Virus record (IMG/VR): IMGVR_UViG_3300034082_003579
Strand: one strand, 5' to 3'
Origin: a virus
Lineage: Duplodnaviria; Heunggongvirae; Uroviricota; Caudoviricetes
DNA length: 64,000 nt
The translations under genes were made by a program, and so were the position numbers. This document shows, piece by piece, positions 18,695-27,425 of the stretch (its first letter is position 1; every line of letters starts with the position of its first letter). The notes below the pieces were generated by a model. It was not told where the DNA came from. It searched no databases and worked only from the letters and a program-made list of their open reading frames with translations.

Positions 18695-19159
18695 TTAGAT
18701 TACTATGTGTTGATAAGGGCGGTGAGTGTTATATTTAATCAAGCAGCCGTTCTCACCATCTTCGGCTACTTCTATCCAGACACTACGTCCAGGATATCTT
18801 GCGGCAATCTGTACGTACAGATCGTCGGCAATCATTTCGCATGATTTATAATCTAAACTTAAAACGGTATTCGTATTATGGTTATTGGGGGAACGGTAAA
18901 GGTTTTCCAACCAGCGTTTGAATTGGATAAACTCAATGTCCCGATCGTTGTGCCAGACGTCAATCCACACCCTGAAGTGAAAGATGTGACGATGAGGATA
19001 GCCAAGAAACGATACATCATATTCATCTCCAGTGGCCAATGCAGGATCTGTCAAGGCCGCAGGATATTTATGGATACCTTCTTTTTGGAAGGTTACCCAT
19101 ATTTGTCTCTGTGCTGCTTCTTTAATGCGTTCTATTTGTTCGCGTTCTGCTTGAATCAT
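18695..19159 (-). CDS. dpdL: QueD-like T-fold protein, DpdL (CDG decarboxylase) candidate
   Basis: LGYPHRHIF fits LxxxHRHxF; DRDIEFI, SCEMIA and VAEDGENG follow the T-fold layout. Confidence 0.7.
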   Translation of the reverse strand: MIQAEREQIERIKEAAQRQIWVTFQKEGIHKYPAALTDPALATGDEYDVSFLGYPHRHIFHFRVWIDVWHNDRDIEFIQFKRWLENLYRSPNNHNTNTVLSLDYKSCEMIADDLYVQIAARYPGRSVWIEVAEDGENGCLIKYNTHRPYQHIVI

Positions 19160-19163
19160 TTTT

Positions 19164-19730
19164 TTACTCGAAAAATTTGTTATAGGTCGATTTTGAAGTA
19201 TTTTCTAATTTTTTCATGGCATTGTTGCTGATTCTAAATTCATATGACCTTGATCCTTTTACTGTTTGTTCCAGATAACCCCATGCAGTCCCGTATATAT
19301 AGGGATCATCATTGCCGTTTATTAATTTTTTTCTTGCAGCTTCGTATGCTTCTTCAATTAAATCTTGAATATACTTAGGTGAAAAATCATATACTTCTCC
19401 TGATATAATCAGTTGATCTTTTGTTTTAACTCGATACTGTTGTTGCATTTTTTCAAACACAATAGATTGGCAATAAGGAGTAACCTTGATATACTCCGGC
19501 GACATTTTACACACACCCTGTGCTGAAGTTGCGTCGACATCACGTGATTTCACTTCTAACGGATTATATCCAGGATGTTTAATATCAGCCCCGGCTGCAG
19601 TAGAATCGATAGGTATACCTTGGTCTATCAGTATTTGTTCTATAGCTCTTCCTGCATGCCCAAATTCTTTGTTGGGTACCGACATACCGACTATATTTAC
19701 ATTTAGTCCGGTTATTTTTATCTGTGACAT
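19164..19730 (-). CDS. PD-(D/E)xK endonuclease, MutH/Sau3AI-like
   Basis: GHAGRAIE...ADIKHPGYNPLEVKS catalytic pattern; start set at ATG 19730 (TAATG coupling); AT-richer than flanks. Confidence 0.6.
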   Translation of the reverse strand: MSQIKITGLNVNIVGMSVPNKEFGHAGRAIEQILIDQGIPIDSTAAGADIKHPGYNPLEVKSRDVDATSAQGVCKMSPEYIKVTPYCQSIVFEKMQQQYRVKTKDQLIISGEVYDFSPKYIQDLIEEAYEAARKKLINGNDDPYIYGTAWGYLEQTVKGSRSYEFRISNNAMKKLENTSKSTYNKFFE

Positions 19731-20095
19731 TAGCTGGGTCTCCGTAAAAATTCCCAAGACACAATTCGAGCAATAGCAGCAGCTTTGTCATCAGTTTCGT
19801 CAGGAATGATATGATGTTTGGTGATGCTGCGATCGTTTTTACTATCGTATGTTTGTACTTCTACAATCATACCACCTTCGGCTGCTGCCACTTTGAAACG
19901 GATAGGACGCTCTAAGTCAATGCTGTCGCTGGTGCTGCAAATAACAGAGTCTCTTTCCATTGGTGGTTCAATGTAGTTATTTTTGATCTTCTTGTCCAAG
20001 TAATCCTGTTCGGCTTTGAGTTCAGGGTATACAACACCTGCACGATGCCAGCACCAACGTGCTTTACGATAAAACCATCGATCAAAAAATTTCAT
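19730..20095 (-). CDS. hypothetical protein
   Basis: Start ATG 20095 by ATGA coupling (MKFFDRWFYRK). Confidence 0.7.
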   Translation of the reverse strand: MKFFDRWFYRKARWCWHRAGVVYPELKAEQDYLDKKIKNNYIEPPMERDSVICSTSDSIDLERPIRFKVAAAEGGMIVEVQTYDSKNDRSITKHHIIPDETDDKAAAIARIVSWEFLRRPS

Positions 20096-20613
20096 TTGAT
20101 TACTTTGTCCTTTGTGTATTGAGACCACGGTGTGAACACCGCACGATTTTGTAATGCATGTAAGCTGTGACACCACACTCCGGGATTGGTTGCTGCAAAG
20201 TCTCGATCATCCAGTTTGATAGTGGCGCTGTATCCCAACTGACTCATGTAAGGTAACTTGACACTTATCATGGGAATAAAGTTATGATATTCTGTTAGCC
20301 CCGATTCGCACAGCCCTTCAACACTGGTGCTGTCGATATCAAGTGTACACAGTAAACCAGTTTTCAACAATGGTTTAATCATGTCTTCCCATAATGTCCA
20401 AGTATGGAAATCATTTACAGGAGGATTAGGAAAACTCATGTTGGCACCAAAGTAGATGTGATTGGTTTCGTAAGTTGAACATGCCAGCGCATGTTTGATG
20501 TCTTCTACTGATTGCACACCTACTACAAACAGAGTATCCATATCATACGCCGGAGTGTGTTCAACTTCCTTGCCAAAGAAAAATCTTACGTTGTCGTGCC
20601 CTTCTCGTTTCAT
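20092..20613 (-). CDS. hypothetical protein coupled to dpdA
   Basis: 173 aa, ATGA overlap with the TGT-like gene. Confidence 0.8.
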   Translation of the reverse strand: MKREGHDNVRFFFGKEVEHTPAYDMDTLFVVGVQSVEDIKHALACSTYETNHIYFGANMSFPNPPVNDFHTWTLWEDMIKPLLKTGLLCTLDIDSTSVEGLCESGLTEYHNFIPMISVKLPYMSQLGYSATIKLDDRDFAATNPGVWCHSLHALQNRAVFTPWSQYTKDKVIK

Positions 20614-22307
20614 ATGCTTTGTTCCAGTTTGTCTAGTTTGCCAATGTCAAGGTCATCAACTGCGATATCCTCTTCTCTGGTATCATATAGTGTTTTGTAT
20701 TGACTTTGTGCGTTGACTGCACGTTTTCCGGTGGCACCGCGTGTTCCTACAACCCGTTCCCATACTTTAGCATGATCTACAATAATTTGCAAGCTCTTTT
20801 GGCGGTCGCGGGCAGAGAAAATACGATCAATGACCTTGTCTATGTCATAGTCAGGGTTATACGGATGTACCATCATGTCTGGGCATACACCCGAATCAAA
20901 CATACGATTGGCACGCTGTACAGCTTCGATGTGTGTCCAGACATTATGACTCATAAGCAAGGCATAGCTGAAACTATCCCACGACGTTTTACCTTCCTTG
21001 CCAATCTTATTCAAGTCGCCTGGCTTGTAATAACACACATCCGAAATCTTCATACGGCTCGTAATAGGTGAATCTTCAAAATTAGGATGTATTGCTTCGT
21101 CATCCTTGGGATTTCTTTTATCTTGCCTGACAGCATCACCAAATGATCTTGAGTCTACAGCATACTTCTTATCGTCCACCGTAGGACTCATGTTATAACT
21201 CCACTTCTTGCGATTTTCAGTAGTGATGTTGTGATACAGTTGTCCATTAGCAGTTGCCAGGAATGGACTAGCACAATCAAAGCTGATAGTAAAGGTTGGA
21301 TTATGATACTTCCTCACACTACGCTGAATGGCAGTGAGCAGCACTGCCCATTCCAGTTTTGATGTACCCAAGAAGTGCATCCAGTCGTGTATGCCGGATT
21401 CCAGCAACCCGTCATGTATTAAATGTACCAGTCGTTTGAGAACCAGTTGTACATCACACATGTTCTGCCCTCCCATGCCCCATCCGTTAAAGTGGCGCCC
21501 AGGATACTTAACTGGATCACAGTAGTCTTTCATGTCATTGTACCAATCGTCGGCTTCGTCGTGGGTGCCTCCTTGCAAGACATTTAGAATCTTAGTGTCA
21601 CCGTAGCGATTGTTAATCCAGTACTCGTTGTTATACTTGGTTGCATTTACAGCATCAATGTAGCTGGCAATACCAGATGCAGCAGATGCTTTGGGATCGC
21701 GAAACGTCCAAGTTGGAATATCCAATGTCATGCCGTACGTGGCAATACCCATTTGCCATTTAAGTACAACTTCACGCATTTTTTGTGCAGCATTCAATTT
21801 ATTTTGATACTCTTTAATAAGATCAACTTTTATAGTCTTAGGGTTACCATGTTTGTCTAATTTAGGTTTGCCTGCCTTATCAAGTACCGGTCGGATTTCA
21901 GTTTTACGAGTAATGCAATCTGTCATCTTAGCAGATACTTCTGCACTAGTAGGGTCGCGCCACTCGCCTTCCCACACACCCTTGGCAATCTGGAACCCAC
22001 CTGAGTCAGCCAACATGATAGTGTCGGCTTCTCTGTTGCGAACCATATCCTCTTTGGCCACAAACTTGGACAAGTCCAAGTCGGCATGACCTGCTGAATA
22101 CAAACTGTACTTGTAAGGAAACAGACCTTTTTGCGAATTTAACCAGTTGAGTTGTTCCATGTCAGGAATACCTGCTGGCATACGTGCGGCGTCGATGTAA
22201 TTTTCAGTACGTTGACGACCCACATAGTTGGCATAGAAACTGCTGATGGCTGGAAGAAATACAGCGTAGTCATTCTGATTTGCTGTAAAATTGTGTTGTT
22301 CGATCAT
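20610..22307 (-). CDS. dpdA: TGT-fold guanine transglycosylase (DpdA-like, DNA modification)
   Basis: LADSGGFQ, TLDIP, NVLQGG, GWGMGG, HFLG, SFDCASP and MSHN map onto the TGT catalytic motifs; lies with folE/queD/queE. Confidence 0.8.
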   Translation of the reverse strand: MIEQHNFTANQNDYAVFLPAISSFYANYVGRQRTENYIDAARMPAGIPDMEQLNWLNSQKGLFPYKYSLYSAGHADLDLSKFVAKEDMVRNREADTIMLADSGGFQIAKGVWEGEWRDPTSAEVSAKMTDCITRKTEIRPVLDKAGKPKLDKHGNPKTIKVDLIKEYQNKLNAAQKMREVVLKWQMGIATYGMTLDIPTWTFRDPKASAASGIASYIDAVNATKYNNEYWINNRYGDTKILNVLQGGTHDEADDWYNDMKDYCDPVKYPGRHFNGWGMGGQNMCDVQLVLKRLVHLIHDGLLESGIHDWMHFLGTSKLEWAVLLTAIQRSVRKYHNPTFTISFDCASPFLATANGQLYHNITTENRKKWSYNMSPTVDDKKYAVDSRSFGDAVRQDKRNPKDDEAIHPNFEDSPITSRMKISDVCYYKPGDLNKIGKEGKTSWDSFSYALLMSHNVWTHIEAVQRANRMFDSGVCPDMMVHPYNPDYDIDKVIDRIFSARDRQKSLQIIVDHAKVWERVVGTRGATGKRAVNAQSQYKTLYDTREEDIAVDDLDIGKLDKLEQSI

Positions 22308-23035
22308 TTTTGCTGTGCAGGCAAGATGTAATTGTATTCAGCAATGCCGGAGTTTATAGTAATTCTCGCTGCGCCATCATCGCTAATGCGTACTGTCTTA
22401 TCGCCAGTGAGATCCAGTATGCTGATAAATTGTTTGACTGGATATGACCAAGCACGTTTTAGCGAACCTGAGATATCAGACTGAAATACAAACTCACCTG
22501 CGTGTGTTGAATGATCACCAAAGTAAAACTTCAAGTCCGTGCCTTCTGTTTTGACTTTAAAATTAAGTTCTTCTGAGTTGGCTGATGCCTGCATCTTCAA
22601 ACGCATGACGTTGGCTACTTGTGGCTCAAACTCAATATGCCATGTGACTCCCTTGAACTTAGGAGTCTTGAGTTTTTCTTCCACAATTTCTGCAGTCATA
22701 AAGCGATAGTCATTCTTAAAGTCTTTGGCTGCATTTTGAAAATGCAAGCCCACGGGCTGCTGAATACCGCCGCGGTCCTGACGAACTACTGCAATTTGAG
22801 CATTTTCCTTATACTCTCCCAAGTTCAATAGAACCTTGAGTTTAGATAAGTTAGGCATACCAAATACGCCAACAAAATCTGCTACTGGAACTAAAAAATT
22901 GCCGCTGATCACAACCGAACGGTCTTCTGCTGCACCGCTGATTGCGGTTTCGTTAGCATCGCCGGTAATCTTGACAGTGTCGATACAGCCCAGTTCAAAT
23001 GTGTGTTCTACTAAGTCTAACAAGTGGTCTCTCAT
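22304..23035 (-). CDS. DNA polymerase sliding clamp (gp45-like)
   Basis: 243 aa, beta-rich, ends YNYILPA; replisome context; GGAG SD before ATG 23035. Confidence 0.7.
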   Translation of the reverse strand: MRDHLLDLVEHTFELGCIDTVKITGDANETAISGAAEDRSVVISGNFLVPVADFVGVFGMPNLSKLKVLLNLGEYKENAQIAVVRQDRGGIQQPVGLHFQNAAKDFKNDYRFMTAEIVEEKLKTPKFKGVTWHIEFEPQVANVMRLKMQASANSEELNFKVKTEGTDLKFYFGDHSTHAGEFVFQSDISGSLKRAWSYPVKQFISILDLTGDKTVRISDDGAARITINSGIAEYNYILPAQQK

Positions 23036-23055
23036 GTGTTCTCCAATATGATGAT

Positions 23056-23113
23056 TATTTAGATCGTAATTCAATAATGTATTAATTTTACGTGATTAAT
23101 TGACAATAGTCAA
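23056..23113 (-). promoter_or_regulatory. tandem sigma70 and late promoters for the clamp-dpdA operon
   Basis: TTGACT-17-TAAAAT (23113-23085) followed by CTAAATA (23062-23056). Confidence 0.65.
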
Positions 23114-23125
23114 TGCCAGTTTAAC

Positions 23126-24067
23126 CTATATGCGAGAAAATACCTGTGCCAAGGCTTGACCGCCACGCAATGATGTTAGTTCGCCAGGACGTTTAAATTC
23201 TAACCAAGTGCTGGCAGCATCGATGTGAAAACTTTGAATCAATTCAAATCCCAGCAGTTGGCAGTGTTCTACAATTGCCTGTTTAGGTGTATAGCATTTA
23301 AAACCTGATTCTGCCAGTTTAACAGCACCAGCTCGGTTGCAGTCATTGATAGTCAGGGCAATGACACCGCCTGGTTTGAGTTTGTGAAACAACTCGCGTA
23401 GATATGCATTTACTATTTCCAACGGTTTAAAGTTAAAAAAGTTATAGATCAAACAAAATGCAAACTGTCCAGACGGTAATTGTGTTAGGATGGGATCGTG
23501 CGCACTTTCTGTCACTGCATAGGTTCGCAATCGCCGTTGGTATTGATCATTAAATCTCAGCAATGCAGGATCCAATAACTCTTGATCTGTGTCAACAAGA
23601 TACAACGGATCACATCCCACTAAGAAATTAATCCAATCTTCTCGTCCGGGCCGAATGATCATGCCAGCGTGGTGCCAATCGCCATATCGTTGTAGTCTAG
23701 CAATGATTAATTCTTTTACTGTAGCAGTCAACGACTGTCGACGATCTAGGATATATTCATTGCTGTCATACTGCATCATTTGCCGATATAACTCGGTACT
23801 ATTTTCGTAGTAGACTGACTCGTGCTGCTGAATCAGCAGCTCAATTTGACTTTTAATTTGGTCAGCAGTCTGATCAAAATTGTCTAATTTTTTTAAAATG
23901 TCTTGGTAGTTGGCTTCCAGTTGTTCAGTTAAATGTGTAAATTGTATTTCATTTGATTGAACAGTGTACAACACCGGTGCCAGCTTGTCGTGAGCCAATG
24001 GCACAGTATCAAGGGGAATCATATCCTCTAGAAGACTTTTATAAGAAATTAACGAACTCAGTTTCAT
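23126..24067 (-). CDS. coiled-coil plus class I SAM methyltransferase-like protein
   Basis: GMIIRPG, LYLVD, FAFCLIYNFF, LKPGGVIAL. Confidence 0.6.
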   Translation of the reverse strand: MKLSSLISYKSLLEDMIPLDTVPLAHDKLAPVLYTVQSNEIQFTHLTEQLEANYQDILKKLDNFDQTADQIKSQIELLIQQHESVYYENSTELYRQMMQYDSNEYILDRRQSLTATVKELIIARLQRYGDWHHAGMIIRPGREDWINFLVGCDPLYLVDTDQELLDPALLRFNDQYQRRLRTYAVTESAHDPILTQLPSGQFAFCLIYNFFNFKPLEIVNAYLRELFHKLKPGGVIALTINDCNRAGAVKLAESGFKCYTPKQAIVEHCQLLGFELIQSFHIDAASTWLEFKRPGELTSLRGGQALAQVFSRI

Positions 24068-26733
24068 TAAAACTCAAACAATGATTGAAATGTGTTATCT
24101 GTGTTGGTTGCGCCAGCCAAATCCCAGTCCAGTACTCCCAACAAATTATCGACCTTGCCATCAACTACAGTAGATTCCATTTCGGCATCGTCAAATGGCA
24201 GTTCACAAAACCACCTGGGTAAATGTTGCTCGTCGGTGGGATAAGCAATACTAGTCCAACCTAAAGGATTGCTACGTAATTTGCAAACAATAACTTTCAT
24301 ACCATCCACCACTTGTAAAGAATAATTATCGCTGTTCATTCTGCGCAGATTATTCCAGTTGATAGCAGCGCGAACATGTCCTGGCATGTTGGTCTTGCCT
24401 TCTTTGATTTCTTTGTTGCCGTACATGGTCAAGTTGTTGACACGCTTTGGGCTGCCTTTTTCCCAAGCTGGTCGTTCCTTGAATTGATATTTGAACTCAC
24501 GTATTTTTTCAATAATAGGTTCTTTCTCCGATCCATTGAGAACATCGTTAAGAATGTCGCTAAGAAATTCTTGGATAATCTTAGGAGTATCTGACCGCTT
24601 GAGATCTAGGCCCATGGCTTTGACCTTGCCAGGCTTGCCGCCTACGTCATACCGCTTGCCGTCCTTGTCGTAGAACAACACAGCATATCGTTTCTTGGTG
24701 ATAAACAGACCCTTGATAGCAACAATTTCTCGACCACCTTGAATGATAGAACCCATGTCTCTGGGACAATGAAAAGCCTGTTCCATAAAGCCTGGGAAAC
24801 TGAGATTGACCTGTTCTGCAATGCTGTCATACAAGGCCACTGCAACATCCTTGTTCCATTCCATACGCCCTTGCGCAATTTCTTCTCGAAGTACAGGATA
24901 AGCAGAAAAGTAGCAAGAGTCTGTGTCACCGTATATAATGGCATTGCCCACATGATCGTACCGGCCTGTTATACACTCGTTGACATAGGCATCCATGTGC
25001 CGGGCAATGGTTCTACCTACCAAGGTTGTTGATTGTCCAATGCGTTTGTCAAAGAATCTACAACCTGGATTTAGAATAGCACCATACAAGCTATTCAAGT
25101 TGATTTTCTTGACCAACTGACGCTTGTCCCAGTATTCTTCTTGTTCATGATTGCCTTCGTCTTTTACTCGTGTCAATGTGGCCTGCATTTCTTTACGTTC
25201 GGCATACCATCGAGCCAACAAGCCGGGAATGATACCTTCTTTGTCATAGGTAAAGATAGTGCCGTTGGCACTGAGCACCCATGGTTTGTTGCTGTCAAAA
25301 ATCACATGCCAAAATTCTGCAGCTGACATGACATTGGTGGTACCATCTTCCCAGTCCACTGTCAATTCAAATCCGCGATTCTGTTCCATGACCGCTGTGT
25401 ATTCCAAAGTACCAAACAGTCCTTCCCATGCTGCAGCAAAACTCATGTTCCGGCCGATACGATCATTTATGTATTGGTCTGTGGCAATGGGTCTCAGTTG
25501 TCCCACAATAGTTTCCGGACCCATATTTAGGGCACGAATTGCTGACGGATACAAACTGTTGATGTCGATTGATCCAATATAGTCGTGCAAACCTTTTTTA
25601 GGATAAGCAACATAAGCGCCGGCTGCCTGCGTGTCCTGATTGTCACCGTACTGCTTGCGATTTGGGACCACCATGCCATGTGCATGTGCTTCGTTGATAA
25701 TGGCCTGTTCGGTCACAGCCACAGCACCAGTTGTGGTCGGCAACAGCACAGTATTTTCATGCGCAATTGAATTTGCCAAATCTAGAAACTTTAATTTTTT
25801 ATCAATCTTGTTGACAAGCACCACGTCTTGTCTGTTGTATTCAATGAAAGTTCGAAAATTTAGATTGTACAGCTGATCCAGTGTACCTTCGAACGCTGTT
25901 TTGCTACCCAGATCTTCGTATTCACCAATGGCATCCAAGCTGTAGCTGTGTCGTTCTTCATAGGTGTATTTGCGATACAACTGCATATAGTCCATGTGGA
26001 CTCGACCCACAAGATCAAATGTAAGACTTTCTTTTCCGAAGCGTTCAAATGTACGTGCCTTGGGCATTTGCCCCCACAGGCAAAATCTGCGTGTATCGTC
26101 CTTGCTCAGTATGCGAGTGACTCGATTCACTGTGTAAGGAATATCATAACCTTCGCTGTTCCATCCCGACAATACGTCTGCATCGTCAATTAGATGCAAG
26201 AATGAATCCAACAAGTCTGCTTCACGTTCAAACATAAATGTGTTGTCAAAGTCAGCAGCAATTTCTCTAGCAGTTTCCATGCTCATGCTCTTGGGAGGAA
26301 TAGCCAAGGTAACCAACTGGTCCAGCCAATCCAAGTAGACTGTGATGGCTGTGATGGGATTGAACGCTTCCTCAGTGCTGCTAAAGCCGCGCACTGGATC
26401 AAAGTCTGTTTCAATGTCAAAGAAAGCTGTGTGTAATTTTGGAGCATCTGCGCCTAGATAGTTTTCAGCCAAGCATCGAAATACAGGATTGATATCACTT
26501 TCATAGACAGTTTTACCCGAATGCATGCGCAGCTCTTTGCGAAACTCCTTGTTGTTTCTGCTGCTGAATCTAGCCACTGGTGTACCAAAAATACTGCGAA
26601 ACTTTCCTCTAGGATCGTCGTAGTAAAAAATGTATGTGGCTGGAAATTCTTGATATTTGCGAACGCCATTAATGCGTTCAACTATGTGAATTCGATCTTT
26701 GTCTCGATCAAACAGTGCGTCGACGTATGATAT
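24067..26733 (-). CDS. family B DNA polymerase (gp43-like), ATA start
   Basis: FFDIE (ExoI), WNSEGYD, YNRQD, DINSLYPS, KINLNSLYG, YGDTDS, KKRY. Frame open from ATA 26733 (I-S-Y-V-D-A-L-F) with AGGAG 7 nt upstream. Confidence 0.95.
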   Translation of the reverse strand: MSYVDALFDRDKDRIHIVERINGVRKYQEFPATYIFYYDDPRGKFRSIFGTPVARFSSRNNKEFRKELRMHSGKTVYESDINPVFRCLAENYLGADAPKLHTAFFDIETDFDPVRGFSSTEEAFNPITAITVYLDWLDQLVTLAIPPKSMSMETAREIAADFDNTFMFEREADLLDSFLHLIDDADVLSGWNSEGYDIPYTVNRVTRILSKDDTRRFCLWGQMPKARTFERFGKESLTFDLVGRVHMDYMQLYRKYTYEERHSYSLDAIGEYEDLGSKTAFEGTLDQLYNLNFRTFIEYNRQDVVLVNKIDKKLKFLDLANSIAHENTVLLPTTTGAVAVTEQAIINEAHAHGMVVPNRKQYGDNQDTQAAGAYVAYPKKGLHDYIGSIDINSLYPSAIRALNMGPETIVGQLRPIATDQYINDRIGRNMSFAAAWEGLFGTLEYTAVMEQNRGFELTVDWEDGTTNVMSAAEFWHVIFDSNKPWVLSANGTIFTYDKEGIIPGLLARWYAERKEMQATLTRVKDEGNHEQEEYWDKRQLVKKINLNSLYGAILNPGCRFFDKRIGQSTTLVGRTIARHMDAYVNECITGRYDHVGNAIIYGDTDSCYFSAYPVLREEIAQGRMEWNKDVAVALYDSIAEQVNLSFPGFMEQAFHCPRDMGSIIQGGREIVAIKGLFITKKRYAVLFYDKDGKRYDVGGKPGKVKAMGLDLKRSDTPKIIQEFLSDILNDVLNGSEKEPIIEKIREFKYQFKERPAWEKGSPKRVNNLTMYGNKEIKEGKTNMPGHVRAAINWNNLRRMNSDNYSLQVVDGMKVIVCKLRSNPLGWTSIAYPTDEQHLPRWFCELPFDDAEMESTVVDGKVDNLLGVLDWDLAGATNTDNTFQSLFEF

Positions 26734-26740
26734 GATAATT

Positions 26741-26763
26741 CTCCTAGTGACTTGTGGCTCACT
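26741..26763 (-). promoter_or_regulatory. translational operator hairpin abutting the polymerase SD
   Basis: AGTGA-GCCACAAG-TCACT-AGGAG: 5-bp stem, 8-nt loop. Confidence 0.6.
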
Positions 26764-26797
26764 GTTGCCGTGTACATGCCCGTTAGGCGAGCGAATC

Positions 26798-27097
26798 CTA
26801 CAGCGTGATCAATCTAATCAATGCTGCTATATCGATACTTATTAACAAAATATAATTGCCCAACATTCCGAGACTTTGCCGAGTCCATGCCGCCCAGGCA
26901 AATACAGCACACTGAGCAATGAACATGGGATACAGCAACAAGAACGGTGGATGTGGTAAAGTAAACGCCATGATTGTGGAACAAGCAATGCTAGTGACCC
27001 AGGCTGCCACTTCCAACACAAATCTCGCAGGCCATATTCGATAGTCCTTTTCTGCCCAGTCAATAATGTCGTATACAATGCCGCGAACATCAATCAT
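26798..27097 (-). CDS. small membrane protein
   Basis: About three hydrophobic segments in 99 aa. Confidence 0.75.
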   Translation of the reverse strand: MIDVRGIVYDIIDWAEKDYRIWPARFVLEVAAWVTSIACSTIMAFTLPHPPFLLLYPMFIAQCAVFAWAAWTRQSLGMLGNYILLISIDIAALIRLITL

Positions 27098-27357
27098 TAT
27101 AGAGTTTTACCCACTGTGGTCAGGATAGTTTCCAACAGTTCATGATCCTGCTGCTCACGACCAAATTCGGCCTTGTGTGCCAACTTGATTGCTTTTTTGA
27201 GAATAGCTGGTTTGATTTCCATTTCTTCGGCCACTGCTTTGATAGTGTCGTTTAGGCCGCCGTTGAGTGTTTCAACTTCGTGCATGATCTGCATGCCTTC
27301 GTTGATGATCTGTGTGAGTTTGGCTTTTTGTTCAGTACTGAATGCGCGATCTGACAT
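27097..27357 (-). CDS. dsDNA-binding protein, T4 DsbA/GapR-like
   Basis: 86 aa helical; IKAVAEEMEIKPAILKKAIKLAHK pattern. Confidence 0.6.
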   Translation of the reverse strand: MSDRAFSTEQKAKLTQIINEGMQIMHEVETLNGGLNDTIKAVAEEMEIKPAILKKAIKLAHKAEFGREQQDHELLETILTTVGKTL

Positions 27358-27362
27358 GTATG

Positions 27363-27408
27363 TCTCCTAGTGAAAATACAATTATACACTAGTTATTACA
27401 GAAAGCAA
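27363..27408 (-). promoter_or_regulatory. sigma70 promoter with -10 inside an SD-overlapping hairpin
   Basis: TTGCTT-16-TATAAT; CTAGTG/CACTAG arms, 3' arm runs into AGGAG. Confidence 0.6.
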
Positions 27409-27425
27409 GCCACAAACGAATAAAT

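Noticed and set aside
20610-22307. Queuosine tRNA modification as the cluster's purpose
   Set aside because: No queC/queF/queA in the window, the TGT is divergent and lacks the Cys zinc site, and it is co-transcribed with the clamp; DNA is the more likely target, though the rest of the genome is unseen.
24067-26733. Intein or intron in the DNA polymerase
   Set aside because: All motifs are contiguous in 888 aa with no extra domain.
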